Shown: in pieces, positions 34,099-43,554 of the stretch
Layout: every line of letters starts with the position of its first letter
Position numbering within the stretch: the stretch's first letter is position 1
NCBI GenBank assembly: GCA_964443495.1
Contig: CAYUCS010000001.1
Span: 147,806-211,805 of the forward strand
Reading direction: 5' to 3'
From: an uncultured Gammaproteobacteria bacterium
GTDB lineage: Bacteria; Patescibacteriota; Patescibacteriia; Patescibacteriales; GWE2-39-37
DNA: 64,000 bases
Position numbers and translations under genes: made by a program
The notes under the pieces: generated by a model
The model's input: only the letters and a program-made list of their open reading frames with translations
What the model was told of the DNA's origin: nothing
Databases searched by the model: none

Positions 34099-35841
34099 AT
34101 GACAAAACAAGAAGAGATTCTTGAACTGTTGAAGAAGAAAAAAATATTGACTGAAGCGCAGGTCAATCAGGCGACGGAGCAGGCGGCGGCCAAGCAGCAG
34201 GCGGTCGAAGATTTTTTATTGGAGACCAAGCTGGTCGAGCCGGAAAAACTGACCGAAGTCAAAGCCCAAGCTTACGGCTTGCAGTACGAGAACCTGACGG
34301 CCAAGAAAGTTATCGAGTTCGCTCTCAATACCTTGCCGACCGAGGTCGCGGAAAATTATAAGATGGTCTGTTTCGACCGTGAATCGACCCACATCAAGGT
34401 GGGCGTCATCGATCCTGACAATTTCAAGGCGATTGAGGCGGTCCAATTCTTAGCCAAGGAACAGGGCTTGTTTGTCCAGTTCTTCCTGGTTTCCAACAAT
34501 AGTTTCACCCATGTTTTCCGCCAGTATCGTTCGCTGTCCAAGGAGATTTCCGTCGCTTTGAAACTCAAGGAGGACGAAGAAGAGGAGCGCAAGGAGCAGC
34601 AGAAGAAAGAAGAGGAGGAAATCGAGGAAATAATCGGCAGCGCGCCGGTCATCAAGATCGTCTCCGTCATCCTGCGCCACGCCGTAGAAGGCGGCGCCAG
34701 CGATATCCATATAGAGCCGATGCAGAAAGAAGCCCGCGTGCGCTACCGCATCGATGGCATCCTGCGGACCTCTTTGGTCTTGCCCAGGAACATCCATGAG
34801 GCTATCGTCGCTCGCGTCAAGGTGCTTTCCAATTTGAAGCTAGATGAGACTCGCATCCCTCAGGATGGGCGCATCCGGCAGGTCATAAACGGCAAAGAAG
34901 TTGATTTTCGCGTCTCGACCTTGCCGCTAGTCAGCGAAGAAAAAGTCGTTATGCGCGTTTTGGACGTAACTAAGGGCGCTCCGACTTTGGAGGACCTGGG
35001 GTTCGGCGGCCGTTCATTGGCCACGATCAATGAAAACATCAAGAAGACGAACAAGATGTTCCTGGTGGTCGGTCCGACCGGCTCCGGCAAATCGACAACG
35101 CTTTATTCGGTCTTGCATATGGTTAACAAGGAGGGCGTTAATATCTCGACCCTCGAGGATCCGGTCGAATATTTCATGCCCGGCGTCAATCAGTCGCAGG
35201 TGCGGCCGGAGGTCGGCTTCACTTTCGCCAGCGGCTTGCGCGCGCTATTGCGCCAAGACCCGAACATCATCATGGTCGGTGAAATCCGCGACAGCGAAAC
35301 TGCCGAGCTGGCGATCCATGCCAGCTTGACCGGCCATTTCGTGCTATCGACGATGCACACTAACAGTGCTGTCGGTACGATACCGCGCCTTTTGGACATG
35401 AAAGTCGAGGCTTTCCTGCTCGGCTCGACCTTGAGCACGGTCCTGGCCCAGCGCTTGGCCCGGAAGATCTGCCAGCATTGCAAAGTCGAGGACGCGATGC
35501 CGGATGATTTGATCGCCGAGGTCAGACAGGAGTTCGAGCGCATCCCGAAAGAGATAATCGCGGAAGAGTTCGGCGATCAAAAATTCGAGAAGCTAGTTTT
35601 CTTCAAGGGAAAAGGGTGTCCGCGTTGCGGCAATTCCGGTTATGCCGGACGTGTCGCGGTCGCCGAAATAGTGGATGTCAATGACGATTTGCGCCACAAG
35701 ATAATCGAGCAGGGGCATGCCATCAAGGATGACGATATCAGGGAGAGCCAGATCTTCATCTCGATGATGCAGGATGGCATCATCAAATCGCTAAAGGGCC
35801 TGACCACTATCCAGGAAGTCATGCGCGTCATGCGTGACTAG
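34099..35841 (+). CDS. pilB: Type IV pilus extension ATPase PilB (GspE family)
   Basis: Walker A 'GPTGSGKSTT', Asp/His boxes, tetracysteine 'CQHC...CPRCGNSGY', and an N-terminal GspE_N-like domain. Confidence 0.9.
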   Translation: MTKQEEILELLKKKKILTEAQVNQATEQAAAKQQAVEDFLLETKLVEPEKLTEVKAQAYGLQYENLTAKKVIEFALNTLPTEVAENYKMVCFDRESTHIKVGVIDPDNFKAIEAVQFLAKEQGLFVQFFLVSNNSFTHVFRQYRSLSKEISVALKLKEDEEEERKEQQKKEEEEIEEIIGSAPVIKIVSVILRHAVEGGASDIHIEPMQKEARVRYRIDGILRTSLVLPRNIHEAIVARVKVLSNLKLDETRIPQDGRIRQVINGKEVDFRVSTLPLVSEEKVVMRVLDVTKGAPTLEDLGFGGRSLATINENIKKTNKMFLVVGPTGSGKSTTLYSVLHMVNKEGVNISTLEDPVEYFMPGVNQSQVRPEVGFTFASGLRALLRQDPNIIMVGEIRDSETAELAIHASLTGHFVLSTMHTNSAVGTIPRLLDMKVEAFLLGSTLSTVLAQRLARKICQHCKVEDAMPDDLIAEVRQEFERIPKEIIAEEFGDQKFEKLVFFKGKGCPRCGNSGYAGRVAVAEIVDVNDDLRHKIIEQGHAIKDDDIRESQIFISMMQDGIIKSLKGLTTIQEVMRVMRD

Positions 35842-35877
35842 TTCTGTTAAAGCCGTTTTATTGCTATAATCAAATAT

Positions 35878-36258
35878 ATGCCAGCCACAAAAAGCAAAAT
35901 CTTAATAATCGAGGATGATTCGTTCCTGTTGACGATGTATGCCACTAAATTCGAATTGGAGAATTTTCAGGTAGTAACAGCCGAGGACGGGGAAAAGGGC
36001 TTGAAATTGGCCCAAAAGGAAATTCCGGATATCATTCTCCTGGATGTACTGCTGCCGAAGCTTAACGGCTTCGAGGTGCTCAAGGCACTGAAGGAGAACT
36101 CCGACACCAGGGACATCAAGGTGCTGCTGTTGACTAATTTGAGCCAAAGAGGCGAGGTCCAGCAAGGATTGTCATTGGGGGCGGTCGACTACCTGATCAA
36201 AGCCCATTATATGCCGTCGGAGGTGGTCGAAAAAGTGAACAAGATATTGGCTAAATAA
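35878..36258 (+). CDS. Single-domain response regulator (CheY-like receiver)
   Basis: 'ILIIEDD', phospho-acceptor 'DIILLDVLLP', 'LLTN', 'DYLIKA'. Confidence 0.85.
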   Translation: MPATKSKILIIEDDSFLLTMYATKFELENFQVVTAEDGEKGLKLAQKEIPDIILLDVLLPKLNGFEVLKALKENSDTRDIKVLLLTNLSQRGEVQQGLSLGAVDYLIKAHYMPSEVVEKVNKILAK

Positions 36259-36366
36259 TTAATTTACAATTTTCAATTTTCAAACAATGACAAAATGATT
36301 CAATTTTTCAATTAGTAAATTGGAATATTGAAAAATTGTTTAGAAATTAGAAATTAGAAATTTCAC
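36259..36366. repeat. AT-rich palindromic/tandem spacer R1: CAATTTTTCAAT (36301-12) / ATTGAAAAATTG (36327-38), and TAGAAAT x3 (36341-61)
   Basis: Read directly. Shares AATTTTCAATT and AAACAAT...TTTTTCAA blocks with 57568-57649. Confidence 0.5.
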
Positions 36367-37416
36367 GTGGAGGTCCCCTCAATTTTCCTTAATCGCATAT
36401 TGTCTGAAACGGCTCGCAAGAAGGCGATGAGCCTGCACCTGACTGTCGGCAGCCAGCCGATTTGGCGTTTGAGCAACGAGCTTATGCCGATGCCGGATAC
36501 GGATATAATGACTAGCGACCTGCTGGTGAAGCTTCTGGGCGTCGTATTGACCGAAGAGGAGCAGGCGGAGCTGACCCAGAAGAAGGAACTGGTCGTAGTC
36601 AAGAAGATCGCTGATGCCTTCCGCTTCCGCATCAATCTTTTTTATCAGAAAAAATTGCCGGCCATCACTTTTTATTATATTCCCGACAATATAGAAACTT
36701 TCGCCGCTCTCAATCTGCCGCCGATCATCGCGGATTTGGCCAAGTACAAGAATGGCCTGTGCGTTATCGCGGGATCCTACGGCTCCGGCAAGACGACGAC
36801 CGTCGCCAGTATGATCGAGGAGATAAATCGCACGGAAAAACGCCGCATCGTAACGCTTGAGAATCCGGTCGAGTATTCGTTCGTAAGCAAGCAATCGATC
36901 GTCGAACAGCGGCAAGTCGGTATCGACACGCCGACTTTCTTGTCCGGGCTCAGGTATTGCCTCGAAGAGGATGTCGATTTGGTATATGTCGGCGACGCCA
37001 GGGAAAATTTCGACACGTCCGCCTCGCTGGCCCTGGAGCTGGCTGCCGGCAACGCCATGGTGATAGCTGAGATCACCGCCAGCAATGTCGTAAAGGTGAT
37101 CGAGCGCCTGATGGTTGCTGCCGTGTCTTCCGGCATGACCGAAGAGGTTGCGCGCCACGCTATTGCCGATGTCCTTTCGGCTGTGCTGGTCTTGAAACTT
37201 TTGCCGCGCCGCGGCGGCGGGCTGATTCCCGCGGCCGAAGTGCTTGTCGGCACTCCGGCGATCAAGTCGCTCATCAGGGAGGGGAAATTTTACCAGATAG
37301 ACAGCGCTATCCAGACATCCAGAAAAGACGGCATGATCAATATGGATCGGGCTATCGAAGACCTGATTCGCCTGGGCGAAGTCCGGGCCGAAGATGCTAA
37401 GATACAAATCGGTTAA
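36367..37416 (+). CDS. pilT: Type IV pilus retraction ATPase PilT
   Basis: GTG start. 'AMSLHLTVGSQPIWRL' aligns with the PilT 'ASDLHL..G.pP..R' motif. Walker A 'GSYGSGKTTT'. Confidence 0.85.
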   Translation: MEVPSIFLNRILSETARKKAMSLHLTVGSQPIWRLSNELMPMPDTDIMTSDLLVKLLGVVLTEEEQAELTQKKELVVVKKIADAFRFRINLFYQKKLPAITFYYIPDNIETFAALNLPPIIADLAKYKNGLCVIAGSYGSGKTTTVASMIEEINRTEKRRIVTLENPVEYSFVSKQSIVEQRQVGIDTPTFLSGLRYCLEEDVDLVYVGDARENFDTSASLALELAAGNAMVIAEITASNVVKVIERLMVAAVSSGMTEEVARHAIADVLSAVLVLKLLPRRGGGLIPAAEVLVGTPAIKSLIREGKFYQIDSAIQTSRKDGMINMDRAIEDLIRLGEVRAEDAKIQIG

Positions 37417-37418
37417 TT

Positions 37419-38621
37419 ATGCCAATTTTCCAATATCGCGCCCAAGACAAGAATAGGAATTCGGTCAACGGCTTGGTGGAAGCGCCGAGCGAAGAAGTGG
37501 CCGTTGATTTGTTGCGCGAAAAAAGCTTGTCCGTACTGTATATAAAAGAGGAAAAGCAGAACCGCCTGAGCAGTCTGCCTTTTTTGAATCGGATCAAGGT
37601 CAAGGACATCGTCATTTTTTCCAGGCAATTCGCCGTGCTCATCTCGGCGAACGTGGCCATGGTCCAGTCGTTGAAGATCGTCTTGGATCAAACGGAGAAT
37701 CCCAAGCTGAAAGGCATCATCAGCGAAGTTGCCGACGATGTCGAGGCAGGCACCAGGCTGTCCGAGGCTTTGGCCAAACACCCTAAAGTCTTTACCAATT
37801 TCTTCATCAGCGTCATCCGTTCGGGCGAGACATCGGGCAAGCTTGAGGAGGTTTTGAACTACTTGGCTGACGAGATGGAGAAGGATTATGACATGATGTC
37901 CAAGATCAAGGGCGCCATGATATACCCGGCCATCATCTTCATCCTCCTGATCGTCGTCGGCATCGTCATGATGGTCGTGGTAGTGCCGAAATTGACCAGC
38001 ATCCTGACTGAGACCGGCACGGAATTGCCCCTGGCTACCAAGATATTGATCGGACTATCGGATTTCCTGGTCAGCTATTGGTGGGTACTGCTGGTCGGCT
38101 CGATCGCGCTAGGCGCCGGCTTCCGTTTTTATGCGGCCACCCCTTTCGGCAAGCGGAATATCGATCTGATAAAATTGAATCTGCCAGTTTTCGGCACGCT
38201 GTTCCGGCGGATTTACCTTGTCAGGTTCACCCGTTCGATGCAGACGCTGCTCTTGGGCGGGGTTACGATCACCAAGAGCTTGAAGATCTCGGCCGATGTC
38301 GTCGGCAACGAGATATATAAGGAGCTGATCGAGGAAACGGTCAAACAGGTCGAGGATGGCAACTCGATTTCCTCGGTTTTCGTGCAGAGCCCCGAGGTGC
38401 CCAAGATGGTCGGGCAGATGATGTCGGTCGGCGAGAAGACAGGCAAGCTGGACGTGGTCCTGGAGCGCATCACCTATTTTTACGGCCGCGAAATCAACAA
38501 TATTATCGCCAACCTGATGACTTTGATGGAGCCTTTCATCCTGATAATCATGGGCGTGGCGGTGGTCGGCGTAATCATGGCGATCATGCAGCCTATGTAT
38601 AATATGCAGGCCGGCGTATAA
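37419..38621 (+). CDS. pilC: Type IV pilus platform protein PilC (GspF family)
   Basis: 400 aa with duplicated GspF domains and 3 TM segments. Confidence 0.9.
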   Translation: MPIFQYRAQDKNRNSVNGLVEAPSEEVAVDLLREKSLSVLYIKEEKQNRLSSLPFLNRIKVKDIVIFSRQFAVLISANVAMVQSLKIVLDQTENPKLKGIISEVADDVEAGTRLSEALAKHPKVFTNFFISVIRSGETSGKLEEVLNYLADEMEKDYDMMSKIKGAMIYPAIIFILLIVVGIVMMVVVVPKLTSILTETGTELPLATKILIGLSDFLVSYWWVLLVGSIALGAGFRFYAATPFGKRNIDLIKLNLPVFGTLFRRIYLVRFTRSMQTLLLGGVTITKSLKISADVVGNEIYKELIEETVKQVEDGNSISSVFVQSPEVPKMVGQMMSVGEKTGKLDVVLERITYFYGREINNIIANLMTLMEPFILIIMGVAVVGVIMAIMQPMYNMQAGV

Positions 38622-38653
38622 ATTGACAAAATATATAAAATTCAGGTTTTTTG

Positions 38654-38662
38654 TGGTATAAT
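38654..38662 (+). promoter_or_regulatory. Extended -10 promoter element TGGTATAAT upstream of the pilin gene
   Basis: TG at 38654-55 and TATAAT at 38657-62; strong RBS GGGAGGTG before ATG 38750. No good -35 at 17 nt. Confidence 0.45.
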
Positions 38663-38749
38663 GTGGATAAGTTAATTTGTAATTAATCCGTTTGTCCGTG
38701 ACCCGTCTAGACGGCAGCCCGGGCAAATACAAGGAAGGGAGGTGAATAA

Positions 38750-39214
38750 ATGAAATTGAATAAAGAAAAGGGTTTTACTTTGATCGAGTTGTTGGTGGTT
38801 ATCGCTATTATCGGCGTCTTGTCGACTTTGGCCGTAGTTTCACTTAACAATGCTCGTCAGAAGTCCCGCGATTCCAAGCGCGTCGGCGATGTCAAGCAGA
38901 TCCAGAATGCTTTGGAACTGTTTTACAACGATGCTAACGGCTATCCGGCAGCTGTCACGGCTCCAGGAGCTATCCAGTTCGGTACTACCAAGTACATGAA
39001 CCAGGTTCCTACTGCTCCGACACAGATCGATGCTCCTTGCACGAACGCAAACGTGGCTTATATCTATAACACCGCGAACGCAGCTTCGTCTTTGGGTTCG
39101 GATGGTTCCACGACCGTCTTTACGACCTATTCGCTCACTTATTGTCTAGGTGGCGAAACTGGCGGCATCTCGGCCGGTATCCATACTGCCACTCCAGGCG
39201 GCATGACTCAGTAG
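38750..39214 (+). CDS. pilA: Major type IV pilin
   Basis: Prepilin leader and cleavage/methylation site 'MKLNKEKG|FTLIELLVVIAIIGVL'. Own promoter and terminator. Confidence 0.85.
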   Translation: MKLNKEKGFTLIELLVVIAIIGVLSTLAVVSLNNARQKSRDSKRVGDVKQIQNALELFYNDANGYPAAVTAPGAIQFGTTKYMNQVPTAPTQIDAPCTNANVAYIYNTANAASSLGSDGSTTVFTTYSLTYCLGGETGGISAGIHTATPGGMTQ

Positions 39215-39252
39215 TAGAATTCTTAATGGATCCAATTAAGGGTTTTATATAT

Positions 39253-39287
39253 AAATAGGGGCGATATTCGCCTCTATTTATTTTTTT
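39253..39287 (+). terminator. Intrinsic terminator after the pilin gene
   Basis: AAATAGGGGCG-loop-CGCCTCTATTT (one G:T pair), then T7. Confidence 0.65.
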
Positions 39288-39311
39288 AGCGATTTAGGGT
39301 AAGGTTTGTAT

Positions 39312-41618
39312 ATGATTAATCGTGAAAAATTGGCCAAATATCTTGATTTGACCATCATTTATGGCATTTGCGGGCTCGTGATAGCCTTGCCGCTTTATTT
39401 TACCGTAATTAAAAAGACGGCTCCGGGATTCGTCATAAATCTAGCCATCGACAAGTCGGTTATTTTCAATATTTTTATCGAGATTTTGTCAGTGCTTGCC
39501 TTATTTAAGGTTTTTATTAGCGAAAAAGTGACTATTTATGGCAGCCTCAGGAAATACGTCTTATTCTTGCCTTTTTTTATCTTGGTGGCGGTGGCGGTAA
39601 TCTTTTCAGTCGATCGCCACACTAGCATTTACGGTTTTTACTGGCGGCAGCAGGGATTGATAACCTATGTGCATTATCTTCTCTTCTTAGCAGTGCTGGC
39701 CATCAGCCTGTCTGGCAGGCGGGTCGTAGAAAAGCTGATTGCGAGCATCTCGATAGGGAGCCTGTTGGTCAGCGTAATCGGCTTGCTGCATTGGCTTGAT
39801 TTGGACTTTCTGAAACTCCAAAGGTTCGAGGATGTCCGTCCGGGGTCTACGTTGGGACAGCCGGTATTCTTGGGGAATTATCTGGTACTGACATCATTCC
39901 TGGCATTGTACAAGCTCAGGTCGGCTTCGAGTTCTTGGGGCAGGGTGTCGTATGCTTTGATTTTTTTGGTAAACACTGCTTGTCTCGTGGTGACCTATAC
40001 CCGGGCCGCATGGCTCGGCTTCATTGTCGGCGGCATGCTGCTTTCGGCCTACTATGTCAATAATTTCCTTAAAAATCGGTTCAGGCCAGGGCGAGCGTTC
40101 TATTTCGCCACCATCGGCACGCTCGCAATCATATTGGTGGCAGCATTGAGCTCGGTCGGGTCATCTCAGCAGAATACGGTCGGCGCCCGGCTTAAAAGCA
40201 GTTTTGATTTTTCCGTCGGCTCGGTATTTTTGCGTTTCCAGTATTGGAAAGGCGCATTGGAGCTCATCGGCAAGAGTCCGTTGATCGGCTACGGCCTTGA
40301 GAGCCAGCACGTGCTATTTTTGGATTATTACAACTCAGAATGGGCGGAAAGGGAAAATATTAATGCATTTTCGGATCGCGCCCATAATGAATATCTGGAT
40401 ATCGCCTTGACGAGCGGCCTATCGGGCTTGGCGGCCTACCTGCTGCTTATCGGCTTCATCGTTTCGGTTTTTTTCAAACGCTGGCGCAACCGGGAGGGCG
40501 AAGACGGCGAATTGGAATTGTTTTTAGCCGTCAGTCTTCTGGCGTATTCGGTCAGCGTGTTTTTCAGCTTCTCAACCATTGAAGTGAGCGCCTTGTTTTG
40601 GCTTTACTTGGCAATCTTGGCGGCTGCGAACGGCGGCTTCAAAGCTAACGAGAACGCGCTCGACTTCTTGAAAAAATTCCGCTTCGTCGGCTGGTATGTC
40701 TTGGGCGCGGTGGTCGTAATCGCGGCGATCCAGGTCGTTGAGAATTCTTACCGGGTACGAGCCGATTATTACGCGGTCAAAGGCAGGTTCTCAAGCGCCA
40801 ATGGAGATCAAGCGGCCACCCTGAGCAACTATTATAGGGCCACGGCACTCAACCCCAATGAAGAGCTGTACCGCGATTATTATCTTTCTGAGATGATAAA
40901 TCTCAAATCAAGCGTCATAACTCTCGACGACGGGCAGAAACAGGATAATTTCGAGATAGTCGATTCGATCATCGGCAAAGACCAGGGACTGGATTCCAAC
41001 TACTTCAGGGAGATGCGCAAAGCTACGGCCTATGATTATTTCTTCAGGCAGGGAAAGGCAGAATACCTTGAACGGTCGGAAAAGATTTACGAATCATTAA
41101 TAGCCCGATATCCCAATCTTCCGGACCCGTATTATTATAAGGGGCTGCTTTATTATCACGCGAAACGCTACGAGGAGGCTGCGGCGATGATGGAGAAAGT
41201 TTTCCCGCTGCTTCCAGATCCGAATGGCGAGGCGGTCAATCAACAGCACAAGGAAATAATCAACCGCTATTCCGGCCAGCGATACTTCATGCTGGGCATG
41301 GCTTATTTCCAGCTCGGAGAATACGCCAAAAGCAATGAAGCTCTTGAGCGGGCAATCGCTGCAAATCCTTATGCCGCTAACGTTTATCAGCAGATCGGGT
41401 GGAATTACTACAAGTTGAAAAAAATCGACCAAGCGATCGAGTATTATAAGCGCGCACTCACCTTCGCCCCATTCGACTATCAGGGCCAGTTGCAGATCGG
41501 CAAGTTCTATCTGGAAAAAAAGAATAACGACGAGGCACGGCGCTATTTCAAGATGGCAGAGTCCCTTAACCCCAAGGATCCGTCGATCAAGGATCTTTTG
41601 GATAAAGTAAAGAAATAA
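39312..41618 (+). CDS. O-antigen-ligase-like (Wzy_C) polytopic membrane protein with C-terminal TPR repeats (candidate pilin O-oligosaccharyltransferase)
   Basis: ATG at 39312. More than 10 TM segments, 'RAHNEYLDIALTSGLSG' Wzy_C signature, and TPR-like repeats in the last ~250 aa. The pilin-glycosylation role is inferred from position. Confidence 0.7.
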   Translation: MINREKLAKYLDLTIIYGICGLVIALPLYFTVIKKTAPGFVINLAIDKSVIFNIFIEILSVLALFKVFISEKVTIYGSLRKYVLFLPFFILVAVAVIFSVDRHTSIYGFYWRQQGLITYVHYLLFLAVLAISLSGRRVVEKLIASISIGSLLVSVIGLLHWLDLDFLKLQRFEDVRPGSTLGQPVFLGNYLVLTSFLALYKLRSASSSWGRVSYALIFLVNTACLVVTYTRAAWLGFIVGGMLLSAYYVNNFLKNRFRPGRAFYFATIGTLAIILVAALSSVGSSQQNTVGARLKSSFDFSVGSVFLRFQYWKGALELIGKSPLIGYGLESQHVLFLDYYNSEWAERENINAFSDRAHNEYLDIALTSGLSGLAAYLLLIGFIVSVFFKRWRNREGEDGELELFLAVSLLAYSVSVFFSFSTIEVSALFWLYLAILAAANGGFKANENALDFLKKFRFVGWYVLGAVVVIAAIQVVENSYRVRADYYAVKGRFSSANGDQAATLSNYYRATALNPNEELYRDYYLSEMINLKSSVITLDDGQKQDNFEIVDSIIGKDQGLDSNYFREMRKATAYDYFFRQGKAEYLERSEKIYESLIARYPNLPDPYYYKGLLYYHAKRYEEAAAMMEKVFPLLPDPNGEAVNQQHKEIINRYSGQRYFMLGMAYFQLGEYAKSNEALERAIAANPYAANVYQQIGWNYYKLKKIDQAIEYYKRALTFAPFDYQGQLQIGKFYLEKKNNDEARRYFKMAESLNPKDPSIKDLLDKVKK

Positions 41619-41621
41619 TGC

Positions 41622-42833
41622 ATGTTTTTTCCTGAGTTGATAAAATCCATTAAGCCGGGAGATAAGGTTTTGGAGGTCGGCCCCGGTGCCAGCCCCTTCC
41701 GCCGCGCCGATATTTTCTTGGAAAAAGAATATGAGAGCGAGGAGGAAAAATTCGCCCAAAAAGCTTACAGGACTTACCAGACTGACAGCAAGAAGACGGT
41801 TTTTTATAAAGGCGGCAAATTCCCGTTCGCTGATGGAGAGTTCGATTATGTCGTCTGTTCGCACGTGATCGAGCACATACCCAAGGAGGAGCTGGACCAA
41901 TTCATTCGAGAGCTGGCCAGGGTGGCCAAGCGCGGTTACATCGAGTTTCCCAACGTGCTTTATGAATTCGTCAATTATCAGCCTGTCCATCTTTGGCTCA
42001 TGAATTATCGGGATGGGGTGATGTACTTCGCGGATAAGAGCGGATTCAGGACCAGCAAGATACACGCCGCTTTCCGGGAGATGGTCTACGGTTCGGATGC
42101 TTATCTGTATAAGGCCTTTGAACGCTACAAAGAGGCTTTTTTCTGCGGTTTCGAGTGGGAGGGCAAGATAAATTACCGGTTCGTGGAGAATTATGATGAG
42201 TTAATCGCCGATCAGGATTTGAATCGCCTCAAGCTCTATTTTGCCGATAGGCCGTCATTATGGCGCCGTCTGCACGTCGTTTCGGTGAGGCTCAAGATTA
42301 AGGCCAGGAAGGCCCTATCGCTTATGAAAAATATGTTGGATAACAAAAACTATTACATCGACAAGTCGGCTATCCTGGAAAACGAGGCGTTGATAGAGAT
42401 CGGCCAAGGCGCTGAAATCAAGGAGGGTGTCATCATAAAGACTTATGACAACAAGGTGATAATCGGCAAGAATGTCCAGCTGAATCCGTTTTCGGTCATC
42501 TATGGCGGCAGTGGCGTCATTATCGGCGATAACGTGATCATGGCTCCTCATTGCATGGTGGCGGCTGGCAATCATAACCATCGCCAGCTCGAGCAGCCGA
42601 TGCGTTTCGCGCCGAGTGTCAGCCGCGGCCCGATCGTCATTGAAGACGATGTCTGGATAGGCGCGAATTGCACCATAGTTGACGGCGTACGCATCGGCAA
42701 AGGCGCGGTGGTCGGGGCGAATAGCGTGGTCAATCGCGATGTCCCGCCTTACGCCGTTGTCGGCGGCGTGCCAGCAAAAATGCTCGCCGATCGGCGCGAG
42801 CTAGCGAGTAAAAACGATGATGCGAAAGATTAA
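41622..42833 (+). CDS. Fusion of a class I SAM methyltransferase and a hexapeptide-repeat (LbH) acetyltransferase
   Basis: 'VLEVGPGASP' motif I at the N-terminus. C-terminal 'IGDNVIMAPHCMV...IEDDVWIGANCTIVDGVRIGKGAVVGANSVV' hexapeptide repeats. Confidence 0.7.
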   Translation: MFFPELIKSIKPGDKVLEVGPGASPFRRADIFLEKEYESEEEKFAQKAYRTYQTDSKKTVFYKGGKFPFADGEFDYVVCSHVIEHIPKEELDQFIRELARVAKRGYIEFPNVLYEFVNYQPVHLWLMNYRDGVMYFADKSGFRTSKIHAAFREMVYGSDAYLYKAFERYKEAFFCGFEWEGKINYRFVENYDELIADQDLNRLKLYFADRPSLWRRLHVVSVRLKIKARKALSLMKNMLDNKNYYIDKSAILENEALIEIGQGAEIKEGVIIKTYDNKVIIGKNVQLNPFSVIYGGSGVIIGDNVIMAPHCMVAAGNHNHRQLEQPMRFAPSVSRGPIVIEDDVWIGANCTIVDGVRIGKGAVVGANSVVNRDVPPYAVVGGVPAKMLADRRELASKNDDAKD

Positions 42834-43554
42834 GGAACGAATAAATTTCGGCCCGATGAACCGGCGAAACCGGGAGCTGTGGCTGGAAAAGACATTGCAA
42901 GGCATCGAGCCCGGACTCAGGATCCTGGACGCCGGCGCCGGGGAGCTTCGTTATAAGAAGTTCTGTCAGCATCTTGACTATGTGAGCCAGGATTTCGGAC
43001 AGTACGATGGCTCCGGGAATGGCGAAGCGTTGCAGGAGAAGTCTTGGGACAATTCGAAGCTCGATATCGTGAGCGATATTGCATCAATCCCAGTCGATGA
43101 TTCATCGTTCGACGCGGTGATGTGCGTCGAAGTGCTGGAGCATGTGCCCGAGCCGATCAAGGCGATAGCCGAATTTTCAAGGATATTGAAGCCTGGCGGC
43201 AGGCTGGTATTGACTGCGCCAGTCGATTCGTTGGCGCATTTCGCTCCGTATTATTTTTACAACGGCTATAGCAAATATTGGCATGAAAAATTTTTGGACC
43301 GTTACGGCTTCGATATCATCGAGCTGCTGCCGAACGGCAATTACTTCCAATTCATCGCTCAAGAGGCGGCACGGACGATAAGCGCGGCCAAAGAATATTC
43401 TTCGGCCGGCCGGCTGGCTAATTTGTTTCTGAAAATCACCTCAGTCCCATTCATTTTAGCTTTGATGGCCGTGGATAGGAAAAATAATAACTCTGAAGAA
43501 CTTGCAAGCTTCGGCTACCATGTCCTGGCGGTTAAGCGTAAGAACCAGCTATGA
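42817..43554 (+). CDS. Class I SAM-dependent methyltransferase
   Basis: 'RILDAGAGE' motif I and 'FDAVMCVEVLEHV'. Confidence 0.75.
   Translation: MMRKIKERINFGPMNRRNRELWLEKTLQGIEPGLRILDAGAGELRYKKFCQHLDYVSQDFGQYDGSGNGEALQEKSWDNSKLDIVSDIASIPVDDSSFDAVMCVEVLEHVPEPIKAIAEFSRILKPGGRLVLTAPVDSLAHFAPYYFYNGYSKYWHEKFLDRYGFDIIELLPNGNYFQFIAQEAARTISAAKEYSSAGRLANLFLKITSVPFILALMAVDRKNNNSEELASFGYHVLAVKRKNQL

Noticed and set aside
36259-36366. AT-rich repeat spacers (also 57568-57649 and 63245-63328) as miniature CRISPR arrays
   Set aside because: The repeats are 7-14 nt and contiguous or palindromic, with no unique spacers of regular length and no cas genes in the window.
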